Assembly: GCA_051362555.1 (NCBI GenBank)
Contig: CM120640.1
Location: 45,982,788-46,046,787, forward strand
DNA: 64,000 nucleotides
Origin: Lingula anatina
Lineage: Eukaryota; Animalia; Brachiopoda
Direction of reading: 5' to 3'
Shown: in pieces, positions 24,300-36,641 of the stretch
Layout of the letters: each line of letters begins with the position of its first letter
Numbering within the stretch: the first letter of the stretch is position 1
Translations under genes and position numbers: made by a program
The notes under the pieces: generated by a model
What the model saw: the letters and a program-made list of their open reading frames with translations, nothing else
Database searches by the model: none
What the model was told of the DNA's origin: nothing

Positions 24300-24879
24300 C
24301 TGAAAATCAAAAGGAACACATGATTTGAAGAAAACATCATGAAAAAGATTTCTCCACATCAGTGGATGGTGGAATCCAAACTATACATTAAACATATTGA
24401 ATAAATATAGGAAGACAAGGGGAAAAAATCAAAAGCTGACTTAATCATTTTCTTAAACTACTATCTATAACATCTCCGAATGCATTCAATGTCCTCTAAC
24501 ACATCATAACAAACCACATTGGTGGTTAGATGTCTCCTCCAACACAATGCTTCTCCTTTCCAATGCAATTTAAACCTGAAGCTTACTGCTTTAATTGAGG
24601 ATTACAAAGTTGTTAGATGGTATTTAATAAAACTAATCATTTTGGATGACTCACTGCATATTTTTCATATACAGCCTACACTGTTTTCTTTACTAAATCT
24701 AGCTACTTATATACTATATTGCTGATCTTAAAAGGTTGATAAAACAAACATGATATCTGTGTAAGCATCTGCAACTTACATATTCCATTTACTGATTAAT
24801 AAAAACCTTCTGTTCTTGATTAAAGGTTACCTCTTATGGAGAAATTCAACAGGTTTTACAGAAAACAAGGAATAAAGGT

Positions 24880-24881
<2 letters not shown>

Positions 24882-24949
<68 letters not shown>
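24882..24949. repeat. (GT)n microsatellite
   Basis: Visible dinucleotide run. Confidence 0.95.
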
Positions 24950-24951
<2 letters not shown>

Positions 24952-25077
24952 GGGTGACTGCATGCTCTCTGGTGCAGGCTATATGAACATCAATAGTCTT
25001 TAGTTCCTTAAAAGAACTGTACAAACTTTATTTAAAGCAGGCAACAATTTCCAGCATTCCATTTGATCAGGCTATAC

Positions 25078-25227
25078 CTTAAACTCCCTCTCAAATCCAT
25101 TGAGCTTGGTGTGCTCATCTTTGACAGCCAGTTTTTGTACCACTGCCGGCAACTCTGTGGCAGATATCACCGTCACCTTACACTGGAGGTAGATGACAAC
25201 TGTTTCATAGATAAACTTGTATTGCTC
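25078..25227 (-). CDS. Ptp36E: Ptp36E-like PTP D1 end and linker exon (EQYKFIYETVVIYLQCKVTVISATELPAVVQKLAVKDEHTKLNGFEREFK)
   Basis: atttcag|...|gtatag, 150 nt; EQYxFIY motif. Confidence 0.95.
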
Positions 25228-26238
25228 CTGAAATAAAAAGGAAAATTATTAGAGAACATGTGCATGTGCGTGCCTTACAGTTTGCATGGCATCTATTGCT
25301 TAAAGGTCACACTATTCAATGGTACAATGATTCTTATAATTCTAATGCTTTTGTGGAATTACAGGCTTAATGATTGAAAAAAAAAGACATTTTTTTGTCT
25401 GATTACAGCAAGAAAATTCAATCTCTGACAACTGCTCATATCATTGAAAAAAAAAACTACTCACACATCAAATCACATATAATTAGTTCATAAAGAAAAA
25501 ATCTAAAGATTTCGCTAAGCTTCATATTTAAAGGCCTTATCTTATTTCATAATATCTTCTAATAACTTTGGGAGAGTTTTGAGTAAGCAGCAGGATGTAA
25601 TCACAATCACGGAGGAAGAGCAGTAATAGAGAAACTGCTTAATCAATTAATGGGCAAATCTCTCCAATAACTTGAAGGACATTACGTCTGCAACCCAATA
25701 TGTCCTCTGACTGAAGATGGCAGCTTCCAAGACAGAATTCCCCAGTAAGTCCAATTTATTAGTTTATTGGTAACCAAACCTGAACCATTAGTCTAAATGC
25801 ATCATTTCTTGAGCTACATCTTCAGACTAATTAATGTTTCTGACTCATTTGTCTTTATTGGGATCAAAGTTCTTTTCAATATCAGAAGTATACTTTCTGC
25901 AATGATCATTGACGCAATTCTTATAAAAACCAGGCTTTTTCCTAGAGGATTTAAAAAGGGTTTGATGACATGACAAGTTTGACAAAAAGAAAAGAAAAGA
26001 AAAAAAAGCATGGATATTTCAGTATGTAATTAGTCTTTCTCTGCTTTAATTACCAACAAACATACTTCTAAAATTGTATACAATTAACATACATTCAACA
26101 GCTTATGATCAAAAATGCTTATAATACTCATAAAAGTACAAAACTGGTCACCAGGCAAATATCAACTGATTTAAATTACAGATCAAACCAGCCAGTAATT
26201 ATCAAAACTAAGATTGGAACATTTTCAAAGGAACTCAC

Positions 26239-26374
26239 CAAATTCTGAACCATCCATGGTCGGCTATTCCTGAGATAGACAACAGAGTTGAAGATATCAA
26301 TGGTGTTGTCAATGGAGATTCTGTCCAGGGCAATGTCAATGGCAAGGAATGTGCCTGTTCGGCCCGCACCAGAG
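26239..26374 (-). CDS. Ptp36E: Ptp36E-like PTP D1 exon (GSGAGRTGTFLAIDIALDRISIDNTIDIFNSVVYLRNSRPWMVQNL)
   Basis: ttccag|...|gtgagt, 136 nt; completes the HCGSGAGRTG P-loop; RxxMVQ Q-loop. Confidence 0.96.
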
Positions 26375-27490
26375 CTGGAATTACGATACAGATTACTTTC
26401 ATTTATTTCACAATTTTGTCATTTAGAACATAATCACATAAAATCATGCCCTGAATTGAAACGCTCAAAGACACCAGCTCCTACAAAAGTCATATGTACA
26501 AAAGGTGTTACAATTTTAATATTTCACTAAAAGCTTATGGGTACGTGGGACTGGTTTCCTTAAAGCCCAAGGTTATCAATAATTAGCATAACACAGATTT
26601 ATTGATCAAAATGTTAAGGAAGTTCTTCATCCAGCGTTGGGCAGGATCTTAGTTTCTAGTCAATTTCCTGTCTGCCTCAGTCCTGTGAGTCAAGGCAGGT
26701 TTATAAACATGTTTACTGCAAGGGGGACAAATGGCCTTTATGTTATACAAAAGGATTGAATGATTATATGATTCTGAAGAAAAAGCAATTGAATTATTTG
26801 AGGCCAAGAGTTTTTCAGTTTAGGATAAAGAGATATATACTTAAAAGGCCACAACAATCTGATTTAGACCTATGAATAGATATATTAATATAAACATGTC
26901 TGAAAATCACGGCAATTTTTGTTCTGGTATTGCTAGGCTACTTTATTACCAGCTATTTAATACTGAATTTAAACTGGCAAATTTCTTAAACAACAGTGAC
27001 TATAAATGATCTATACACAAAACAAGCACAGAGTGGTTCTGGTATTTATGAAAAAAAAATTAAGCTAAACTGCTGGGAATAAAAAAACCAACTTCCACAG
27101 GGCATCAAGAGTACAGGCACAGGTGTTATTCTGGTGATTTGATGATGATGGTGATAATGGTTTAATCAATCTCGGGTATTTCATGAGCCATGTTTTTTGC
27201 AAATGATTAATGTCATCAATTTGTTTTTGAAAAAAAAGCCATTACATTTCAAAGAAGAAGATGATGTACAGATTGTACAACTGAAGTTTTTCATCCAACA
27301 AATAGATAGAACTTGATTCCAAAAGGGGATTCAGTATTATCATAGTATTATCATTATCAAACCAACATTGAAGTCCCTCTTGCATTAAAAAAGAATGCTA
27401 CTGCTAACTACATAATCAGAAAAAAAACAACATAACTGTATGTAGAAAAATTGAAATAAAAGAAATTATAATAATACATCTTCAACTTAC

Positions 27491-27642
27491 CCACAGTGCA
27501 CAACAATAGGACCTCTTTTGTTTTGCATAAAAGATTTGATTCTACGTCTAAATTCCAAAATGGCGCTACAGTCAGGGCAGTCAGTTTCTCCCCAGGATGC
27601 ATACTGAAACTGTTTAACTACTCTCTGCTCTTCTGTATCAAG
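27491..27642 (-). CDS. Ptp36E: Ptp36E-like PTP D1 exon (LDTEEQRVVKQFQYASWGETDCPDCSAILEFRRRIKSFMQNKRGPIVVHC)
   Basis: tatctcag|...|gtaagt, 152 nt; GPIVVHC motif; the WPD-loop position reads WGE. Confidence 0.95.
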
Positions 27643-28786
27643 CTGAGATAAAGAAAGAAAGGGGAATCATTCACAAAAATGATGATCTTGCAAGAAATTA
27701 CAATTAGAAAGAGATGTTCTTCTTTTACTGTAAGTAAAAATTATTTGCATATAAAGACCAATCCGTAAAATATCTCCCTTCTGTAATCTTCAGAATTTTC
27801 TCTTTTTGTCACTTATGAAAAGATGTTACATTCTATATTTGAGTCATATTCTAATATTAGGGCAAATATCTCAAATGTACATGTTAAAATCATTCAATCA
27901 ATCAATCCAGGGCCAACTATCACTACTTGAAGGAGGAACCCTTCCCTGAGCTGTTTCCGCAGATAATGGACATTGGCCTGGATTGGCCAGGTGGATCCTA
28001 CATGGTCAGGTTAAAACAACCTTTAAAATAAAGTTCCAACTTTTTATATGTAGTTTCTCAATTTATGAAGAAGAAGAAGAAAAAAAAAGAAAAATTAAGA
28101 AGAGGAAATAAATGTCATGAAAAATACATGTGGGAAACAAGCAATCAACAGATCTGGTCAATGCATAATTGTTCAGTTTATTTCATTACTACTAATCTGA
28201 AGTTGCTAACGGAAATGTCATGTCATTAGCAATCAGACAACGGTTGATCATCAATCCAGGAAGGACTCAGAATGACAATTTGAAAATTTTGGAATGCCAT
28301 GGTCTAAAACATAGGACCAGTTAAATAATAACATCTTAAAAGCTGACATTCACTAAAACATTTTGGTATGCTTTCACCCTTTGCAATTTCATGCTTTTTG
28401 TGAAACATGCCTATAGCATATCCATTCATTTAGACTTCTTACTGTACTGACTTATTATCTCAGGTCAAAGAAGATCAAAAATTTTCAACCTTAAAGTGAA
28501 AAACCTACTTTCATTTCAAGTTTTCACGTGAAACTGCCTCAAGATCTCAGGTGAATGACCATGTAATGCTTCTTTCGCATTTCTAAATAAATTAGGAAGT
28601 ATATTTTCAACCTCTGTCATCATCCTCAATTTGACATAATATCTTTCTGCCTCAAACAACTTCATGTTCTTTGTCTTTCCAGAAAACGTGCTAATGTGAG
28701 TTCAAGGGCTGCATCTCAAGAGCAATTTTTCATAATATGTAAATCTTACTAGTTCTGACAATGCCCATTATCGTAATTGATCTTAC

Positions 28787-28903
28787 CTTGACCAACCTGA
28801 AGGTTCTAATATTAAAGTCAGCTAAGGTATCACAGTCTTCTTGCAGAATCACAATATCACCATATCGCACTTGCTTGTTGTCCCAGTACTTTTCACACTG
28901 TTG
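28787..28903 (-). CDS. Ptp36E: Ptp36E-like PTP D1 exon (QQCEKYWDNKQVRYGDIVILQEDCDTLADFNIRTFRLVK)
   Basis: tttacag|...|gtaaga, 117 nt; CxxYW and YGDI motifs. Confidence 0.95.
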
Positions 28904-30235
28904 CTGTAAAATTTAAGTCAAGAAATAAAATAAGTAAATAACCATATCTAAAGCAAAAATCTTGTTTGGAAAGTCCAAGTCCAAGGTCAGTCCAAGGAGA
29001 GATGGCTTTTAGCATATGTATGTTGCACAAGATTTTCAATGAAGTAATTTAAGAGAAACCCTTATTATATTACAGTTTTGACTTGGATAAAATTGTGTGA
29101 ACACGACATACTTTATGAATGTAGATTAGGTGGGGGTGGGGGGTCACGTTAGTGTATTTGGATGTGTTGCTTGAAAATCAAACAGCAGCTACTAACATAT
29201 AGGGCAGCAGGTTTTCAAAAATGTTTGCACAAACAAGGGACTCAAAAATTAATTTAAAAGTACGGGTAAACAACAGTTAAATTTTTGTACAAAGACCAAG
29301 TGGTGCAGGCAGTTGAATTCTGATCAAAGACCTGCAGATATCAGAACAGTATGTGTCAAATGATTTCAACGAAGCTTAATGTGTTGCATGCAGCTAGCTT
29401 GTGGCAAAACCCCACACAGATCACACACAAACACACAACAAAATGTAAATATAAACACAAGTGGATACAAATGTCTTCCAAGTTCCATTACCACCCACCA
29501 AGCCATTTCCTATTTTTACAATGTCGCAATCTTACTTCTTCCTCATTTTAACCAACCAACAAGCCAAACAAATTAATGGGCAGATGTGCATTATTGGAGC
29601 CAGGGAAAGTACACATTTTCCGTTAATGGACCACGGGGATTTGGGAAAATCTACATGCCTGCTATCTTTGACAGTTAGGGCACTATGGGACCTAAATTGG
29701 GTTATCTACGTCTTCAGAAAGCTGGTTTTTCTCTATCTTTTCAAAACTGAATTATGAATCCTGACCCAAGTTGATCTATCTCCTCATTATATACAAGGAA
29801 AAAAAGCCAGTTTTCCAGACTGTTCAAATAATGACAGCCTGATACACAAGTGATGGTGCCATTTACTTTATTGGCAAAATGCATCCTATACTGATAAATA
29901 GAGTGGGTAAATCTCAAATGAGAATATCTTAAATATGCTTGTGCCATTATGTTACAAATGAATACTAATTTCCTAAAAGGCATTACTCACATGTAACAAA
30001 CTGGTTAAATGTCAGCTAAGTTAATGGCAACAATGATTAAAGGTACATTTGAAGCGAGCATTGGTGAAGTCTGGTTTCTCAGTAACACACATATATACCA
30101 CTTCTACTAGTTTTTTATACAGGGGCAGCTTTATGTTCCAAGGGTCCGCTATTTAAAAAAAGATTATTGATGCGATAGCTGCACTTAAACGAGTTGACTA
30201 TTAGTAGCATAATCAGGGCACTGACCTAGCTCCGT

Positions 30236-30434
30236 GCCCATTCCATAGATTTTAGATCGGTCTATCCCTGTGGGGAGTCTCGCTAGATTAGTCTGTCCCG
30301 CCTACTAAAAGCTGTAAGAGGGTAATTAACTATGGTGCGCGCTCGGCTAACTGCAATTTAGCGTGAACCCCCAGGGAGTTAGGTTGATCTAAATTTAAAT
30401 CTCTGGATCGATCTAAATCTCTGGGAATGCACCC
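30236..30434. mobile_element. MITE family B, copy 1
   Basis: Near-identical to 54548-54760 (CCCATTCCATAGATTTTAGATCG...TCTCTGGGAATGCACCC). Confidence 0.8.
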
Positions 30435-31931
30435 AAAGAAGCACATATAATTTGTTTTCTTTGTGCTGTTTGCACTCTATCTGTACCTTCGGAATAGTGG
30501 ACCTATCAAATAGCAGACCTTCCCAGTACCAAACCCTCATCTTATAAAAGCACACCCTCTCATGCAAGTCAAATAAAGTCAACATGCAATGGGATAAATC
30601 AAATAAATCACTCGATATGCCCATAAAAGACCTTTAGACCACACCTTCTTTAAATTTTTGGCAGTAAATGTGACATATTTATCTGCTCTGTTTATAGCAC
30701 AGAAAGCAAGCAGAAAAATCCATTAAAATACCATTTTTTGCGTAATATAAAACATGTCTTAAGGTATTTCTCTAAGTTACACAATTTGAAAATACATAGT
30801 GGCATTTGGTCATCATTTGTTGTGAAAATTGACTTTAAATGATCCCTTAAATAAATCTACAAAAAAACTAAACTACCATATAACAGAATTAAATATAGTA
30901 GCTAGATTAAATTAGCAAATTAATGAACAAACAAACCAGAAAAGTGAGGCAAACAAAGTATATTAAGTTTAAATGGCCATTGTGAAAATGAGAGAGAGGG
31001 AGAGAGAGAGAGAGAGAGATCAAACTCATGCACTTTTGACGAATTTCTTTTTCTGCGGATTACACACCCTGCATTTTTTTCAGTAGTTATTTCAGTTCAT
31101 GTCTTAAAATCATTGCTTATTTATTAGTACATATACTGGAAGTCATTTGCAACGGGTGATCATGCACAATCCATTTTTCAATAAGTCACTATTCCTACGG
31201 GGTGCAAACCAAATTTGCTGTAACGCAGGAAGTAGCTAATGAATCACAAGGTCTCCTGGGACAGCTCCATTCTCTCTACGCAGATATAAATCAGATTACT
31301 GTAGCTGTGAAATAGATGAGGTCTTTTCTGGTTATTATCACTACAAGGTTAACCAAATGTTTTTCATCTATTTGTCATCATTTTCATGCATATGTTCTAT
31401 CACTTAAGCAAATGGACTATTACTTTTATTTTACAATAATATTCCCCTTCCATAAATTCTTTATATTATTATGATAAACAGAATGCCTTAGCCTCAATGA
31501 CATCAAAAAATTTTTTTGTTGCATTTCTGAAATAAATATTTGATTGCAATATCAAGATTTTAAGAAAAAGGTGCACATGGACTGATATGAGAACCTTAGC
31601 TAATTTGTGTTTTATAAAAAGTTTCAATTTAATTATTTAATTAAATCTAATATTAAAAAGCATAAAAAGGTTGCTTACCGGATTTTTTAACCTGACCAAA
31701 TTGTAATTGTCTTGATATCATTTTAACTCCTGGTGGTGACAGTAGTCAATTTAGTGTGTCAATTATGTTTATTGTAGGCTAATTGTTTCAAAAATGCTCA
31801 AATACAGACCAATAATGCTAAGGATGTAGTGGTCTGACAAAAAAAATACCAGTTACTGGCATCATATAACTGGTTTAACATTATCAATGTGAAGACACAC
31901 CTTACAAGCCAGAGTAATAAAGAATGCTTAC

Positions 31932-32029
31932 CCTAGCATGTTCAAATAAGCCTGTTGTCATTACAATGCAATGAGAGCGCTCCTGCCATACCATGCGCCA
32001 AAAGTCTCCAACAGTCTTCTGGGTAGGTC
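31932..32029 (-). CDS. Ptp36E: Ptp36E-like PTP D1 exon (GPTQKTVGDFWRMVWQERSHCIVMTTGLFEHAR)
   Basis: ccttaag|...|gtaagc, 98 nt; DFWRMVW and IVMxT motifs. Confidence 0.96.
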
Positions 32030-32186
32030 CTTAAGGAGGATAAAAACTTTAAGAAAACACGAACTTTTAAACATAACACATTCTCAAAAGTGTACAATCT
32101 TAATCATATCTTATCATTCTAAAACATGTTTTCTATTGTGATAGAAATTTCAAGTAAAATTAGCAAACAGCTATTCAAAAAATTAC

Positions 32187-32223
32187 CTTGAGCAGCAATG
32201 TAAGCTTTGGCTTTATTGTAGCC
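32187..32223 (-). CDS. Ptp36E: Ptp36E-like PTP D1 37-nt exon (GYNKAKAYIAAQG)
   Basis: ttttcag|...|gtaatt; YIAxQG motif. Confidence 0.95.
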
Positions 32224-32438
32224 CTGAAAATTAAAAATAAACTTACTATAAATTCATATTTCAGAATCTATAGAAAACTTCTAACTTCCAACAATTCAAA
32301 TAAATTTCAATTCAATTTTGGTTTCAGCTTTGGTACTGTTACTATTAGGTTTGGTTACCTAACAATTTATTAAATACCAAAATGATTTAATCGAGCTCAT
32401 TTTATTATATCAATGCAGAGATTATATAAAAAACTTAC

Positions 32439-32515
32439 ATCTATATAGGTAGCATTGATGTACTCTGTGTCAGGATCATCTGACAATGGTTCCAACACAA
32501 CACGGTTGAAGTCAT
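32439..32515 (-). CDS. Ptp36E: Ptp36E-like PTP D1 exon (HDFNRVVLEPLSDDPDTEYINATYID)
   Basis: ttttctag|...|gtaagt, 77 nt; DxxRVxL and YINA motifs. Confidence 0.95.
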
Positions 32516-32695
32516 CTAGAAAAGAAGTGTCTGCTGTAAAAACTTCAACAACAACTTTGATTAACATAAGAAAAAAATCTAATATTGGATGTATTAATTA
32601 AGTTACAATCCTACTATCTTCAACATGGAAATGAGTATCAGTGACCCCATGGGTTTCATGATCACTTCTATAATAACATACTACTTGAAGAATTA

Positions 32696-33254
32696 GGGGC
32701 CCATTTCACAAAGCTGCCATTTAGCTAGAATAATTAACAAAAGAATTATCTCGCTAACCAGAAGACTTAACGATTTTCAAATGATGTTTCTCTAATGTAT
32801 TGCCACTTGGACTGCAAAGGAACATATACTATTAGGTCGTCGTAAAGGATCTCAGTCACCCTTTCTACTGCTTTTCTTGTCACAGATAAGTGGATCCTTT
32901 CATAAATTTCACCATTGTTCATACATTCTAATATATTCTGCCTCTGATGAAAGTGTCGTAGTCTCCGTTGCTGTCTGGCGGCAAGGACGGCAAGAAAAAA
33001 AGCCGCCATATTGCTTACAAAGACAGATGTCAGAAAACAGTAACTATTAGCATTATTTCTATTTCATTTATTATGCATGCGTATGGTAAAACTCTAGGGT
33101 TTGTGAGTGGTCTGACCACTAATTAAATAGCCATGTTAACAACGAGACAATAACGAACGAGAGAACTAGCGATAGCTTCGTGAAAGGGTACTCATAACTA
33201 ACGAGAGGCTAACAAGCGATTGTTAACTAATGCCAACTTTGTGAAACAGGCCCC
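32696..33254 (-). mobile_element. Internally deleted Harbinger element retaining a transposase N-terminus
   Basis: TIR GGGGCCCATTTCACAAAG / CTTTGTGAAACAGGCCCC. Internal ORF 33009-32767 (MAAFFL...RRLRHFHQRQNILECMNNGEIYERIHL...RKAVERVTEILYDDL) resembles the HARBI1/Harbinger nuclease N-terminal pattern RxRxNxLExxxxxExxxRYR... Confidence 0.8.
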
Positions 33255-34408
33255 AGAATATTACCTCTCTAACTTAAATTGGTTGTGCAGTTATAAAGTA
33301 AAACATGCAGTTTAAAAAACTGACAAGAAAAAAACAGCATTTCCAGAAAACCAATGTTTCTGACCATGTCCATTATTGCCAAAGCTTGTGTGGGAATATT
33401 AATTCACACGGTTCCTGTGATGCTACACCAGGCATGTAATAAAGCAGTGAGAGCAATAAACACATCATAAATCAAGCAAATCAATGACCTCCATTTGAAC
33501 CATATCAGTTTTCTATATCTTTCATTCCCTGAAATTATTCATTATGAAAACTCACTTATTTCCACCACTAAGCTCATTGAAAGCTGCAATTAACAGTGGT
33601 TTTATTTAACATTAAGCTGCAACCAAGCATACTGATCTGTCAATGTCAGCTTTATAAAATGGTCAAAATTGTCAGCCAGATGAAGATGCTTTGAATTGAT
33701 GTGTGCAAGTAAAAAATTAATGTGCAAATGGCTGAAGTGAAAAAAAGACAAATGAGTGTCAAATTGGACCTCAATAACATAGTACAATATTCTTTTAACT
33801 GTGAGTGCCTGAATACAAATGTGTGTACATGTGCATGTATACTTTTGTGCACATACCCACACACTCATGCATGCACAGGCATATACACAGGGAAGTGAAC
33901 TGCAGACAAGAAAGGAAGGAGAAAATTTGCCAATTAAAGGTCTAGAGAATAAAATTTAAAAAATGTCAAAATAGCCCTGAACAAATTTCTAGTTCTTGGA
34001 TTGATTTCTAGTGCAGTATCTTTGCAAAGCAAGGCTCAGTTATATCATGTGTTTATATGAACTGTACATGTAAAACATGAGCATAAGGTATAAGCTCAGG
34101 ACCAAGGCGCCCACTCAGAATCAGAAACATCACAGACAACCAAAATAGTTAACAGAAATTAGAGATTGGTATACTGTATTCTACAGCGGTGCCTCCTTGG
34201 ATTAACCACCATTCACTAGAGAATATAAGTAAACTGAAACCTGAGGCATCCTGATGAGCTGGTGACTGGCTTAAGATATTGACTGGCTGTGACATTATCT
34301 GAATCTGGACAGTTATAGCTAGGTAAAGAGTCTATATAGAAACCCAGTAACATTTCAACCACCCCCAAAATTAATTAGCTAGCTTACCTAGCCATTTAGA
34401 GAACTTAC

Positions 34409-34499
34409 GTGGTACCACTTCTGGACTGGCGTTCTTGGCTCTGTTGATGGGACGTAGGGCTGCTTCACTGGCATAGTCGTCTTGAAACCTCATCAAAGC
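34409..34499 (-). CDS. Ptp36E: Ptp36E-like PTP D1 exon (ALMRFQDDYASEAALRPINRAKNASPEVVP)
   Basis: tttgcag|...|gtaagt, 91 nt, phase 0 to 1; occupies the position of motif 1 (NxxKNRY). Confidence 0.9.
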
Positions 34500-35090
34500 C
34501 TGCAAATGTTTTATATTGGAATGGTTAAAATGATAACACCCAACACTTCAGTGTTCATGCAGAAAAAGATAACTCGTTAAAGAAATGTCTAAGTCCCTCG
34601 AATATTAAATTTGTGTTATAAAATACATCTGGCCACAGTCAAATTGTTAATTGGCCTTTCTAAGATAGCCCCCCCCCTTCCCACTCTTGTGCAGAAATTT
34701 AATTTTTATTATAGATTGCAAAACTGTATGTGAGTGTACTTGTATTGGGCCCCTTGTATTCAGTAAAATTTAATACTGGCAACTTCTGCAAAAATGTCTG
34801 TGTGCTACTACAATGGAAAGTTATTAGAGTTATACTGAGGCATAACCAGATGTGACAGTTGAAAAGGATAAGAAGTGAAATATAATACTGCAGGGAAATA
34901 ACAGGTGATTCTGAGCAGAAAGAGGGAGAGTGATGATATTGATGATAATGTTAAAAATATTTGAACGAAATCCAACAATCCATGAACTTTAAATCTGCCT
35001 ATCATTATATTTAATTCACTAGTATCTGCACCTGGCGAACAGAACAAGCACACTCAAGAACAACAAGTTCCAAATATACTGACCAAAAAA

Positions 35091-35092
35091 AA

Positions 35093-35127
<35 letters not shown>

Positions 35128-35169
35128 AATAAAATAAAATAATAATAATAATAATAATAATAAAATAAA
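35091..35169. repeat. Compound (AAAT)n(AAAAT)n(AAT)n microsatellite
   Basis: Visible simple repeat. Confidence 0.9.
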
Positions 35170-35229
35170 GAAACACAAATTGGGACAAAAGTCTTATTGA
35201 ATTCAATTGTCCACAATCAATGCTAGTGG

Positions 35230-35880
35230 ACATTGGAATAAAAAAAAAGTTAAGGAGACCAAATTCCATGTTGACATCATGCCATAGCTATCTGATCTGG
35301 ACAGGGGTAGTGTCATTGCCCATTGCCATTGGCACAGTATCATGGTTTGGGCAGGCATAAGGGGCAATTTCCAGACACTCACAGTGATATTGATATTGCA
35401 GTGATTGGTGGAAATGCAACTGGCCAGGATAACTGTTGTGCCATTCATGCATCAACACCCAACCCTACATTTGCTCCAGCAGGACAACACCCATCCCGGG
35501 CCCATACTGCCAGGGTAACACAGACATAGTTGCAGCAGATCCAGACTTCTGCATGCAGCCAGAGTTTAGTCCCAACATGTCTCCCATTTAGCATGCTTGG
35601 GATGAACTGGGCAGATGACTTCATAACCACCAGCCATAGCCTACCACTGCTATAGAGTTAAGAGCTGTACTTGTGGATGAATTGAGAAGGATGACTCGGG
35701 TCCACATTCAAGGTCTGAACAGTGCATGAGGAGGGCACTATAGCATGTATTGCAGCTGGGGGAGTGGGGCACACATGTTACTCAGCAATATACTACATAT
35801 TAACCAATGCTATTGTATGAAAAAATTATATCAAAATCATGAACATAAGACTTGCATTTCTTTATTGGCTAGTTTATATC
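35230..35880 (+). mobile_element. Decayed Tc1-like transposase remnant in a PTP intron
   Basis: Degenerate VWAGI, QQDN...HTARVTQ, PNMSPI*HAWDELGR and GHTCY motifs with stops and frameshifts; boundaries approximate. Confidence 0.78.
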
Positions 35881-36424
35881 ACTACATAGAGCAAACATTT
35901 AACTTGATACAAGCTGCTATTGCCAAGGCTAGGATTAGAATCATTTGGCTAAGTTTTTGCTGTCAAAAAGGAAACAATGAATCAAAGTTTCTTTCCTCCT
36001 CAGTCCTGAAAAAAATCAATATCTGTCTCAAGTAGCCCAACCCACAAGCAGCTGTACATGTAGCTGCCACTCCTGATTGCTAACAACTCTATCAGCTCCT
36101 CTGATTAATTAAATCCCACATAAATTCAAGCTCTCAAATTTTTAGGAAGACAAATGTAAGCACTAAATAAACAAACAAACAGATATCAATGAATGTAAAC
36201 ACTCGTTATGACAAGCAATTTCAACCTAACTGATAACAAAGTCATCCAAAAAGTGAATTAAGACACTCATTTATGACCATAAAACATGTAACTTTTTAAG
36301 TCTTTTAACTTGGGTGGTCCATGTGATTCATCTAAAAAGACCTGATTAGGATAAAATCACCATAGGGTGCCCATATAACATTACGGGACTATCCCAATTC
36401 TTATGGCAGTTGGTAGTGGGTCAT

Positions 36425-36641
36425 CAGAGGGATCAGATATGCACCTTATGAGCTAATCACATTCAGACTTACTTCCACTAATACCAAAATCCTAAAGAAG
36501 AGATGTTTTACCAACCAATGCAACTATTCTAAATCTTATTGCAATTGTGGGACAACAGAGGGATTAGATGTGCTCCCTATGGGCTAATCACACTCAGACT
36601 TAATTCTATTGATACTGAGACCCTACAGAAGGGATGTTTTA
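36425..36641. repeat. Diverged direct repeat, 131-bp period, 2 copies
   Basis: CAGAGGGAT(C/T)AGAT...GCTAATCACA(T/C)TCAGACTTA...AGAAG(A/G)GATGTTTT at 36425 and 36556. Confidence 0.8.

Noticed and set aside
26288-26530. Plus-strand ORFs overlapping PTP exons (also 16954-17202, 32188-32373, 44417-44629)
   Set aside because: Antisense shadows of the real minus-strand exons
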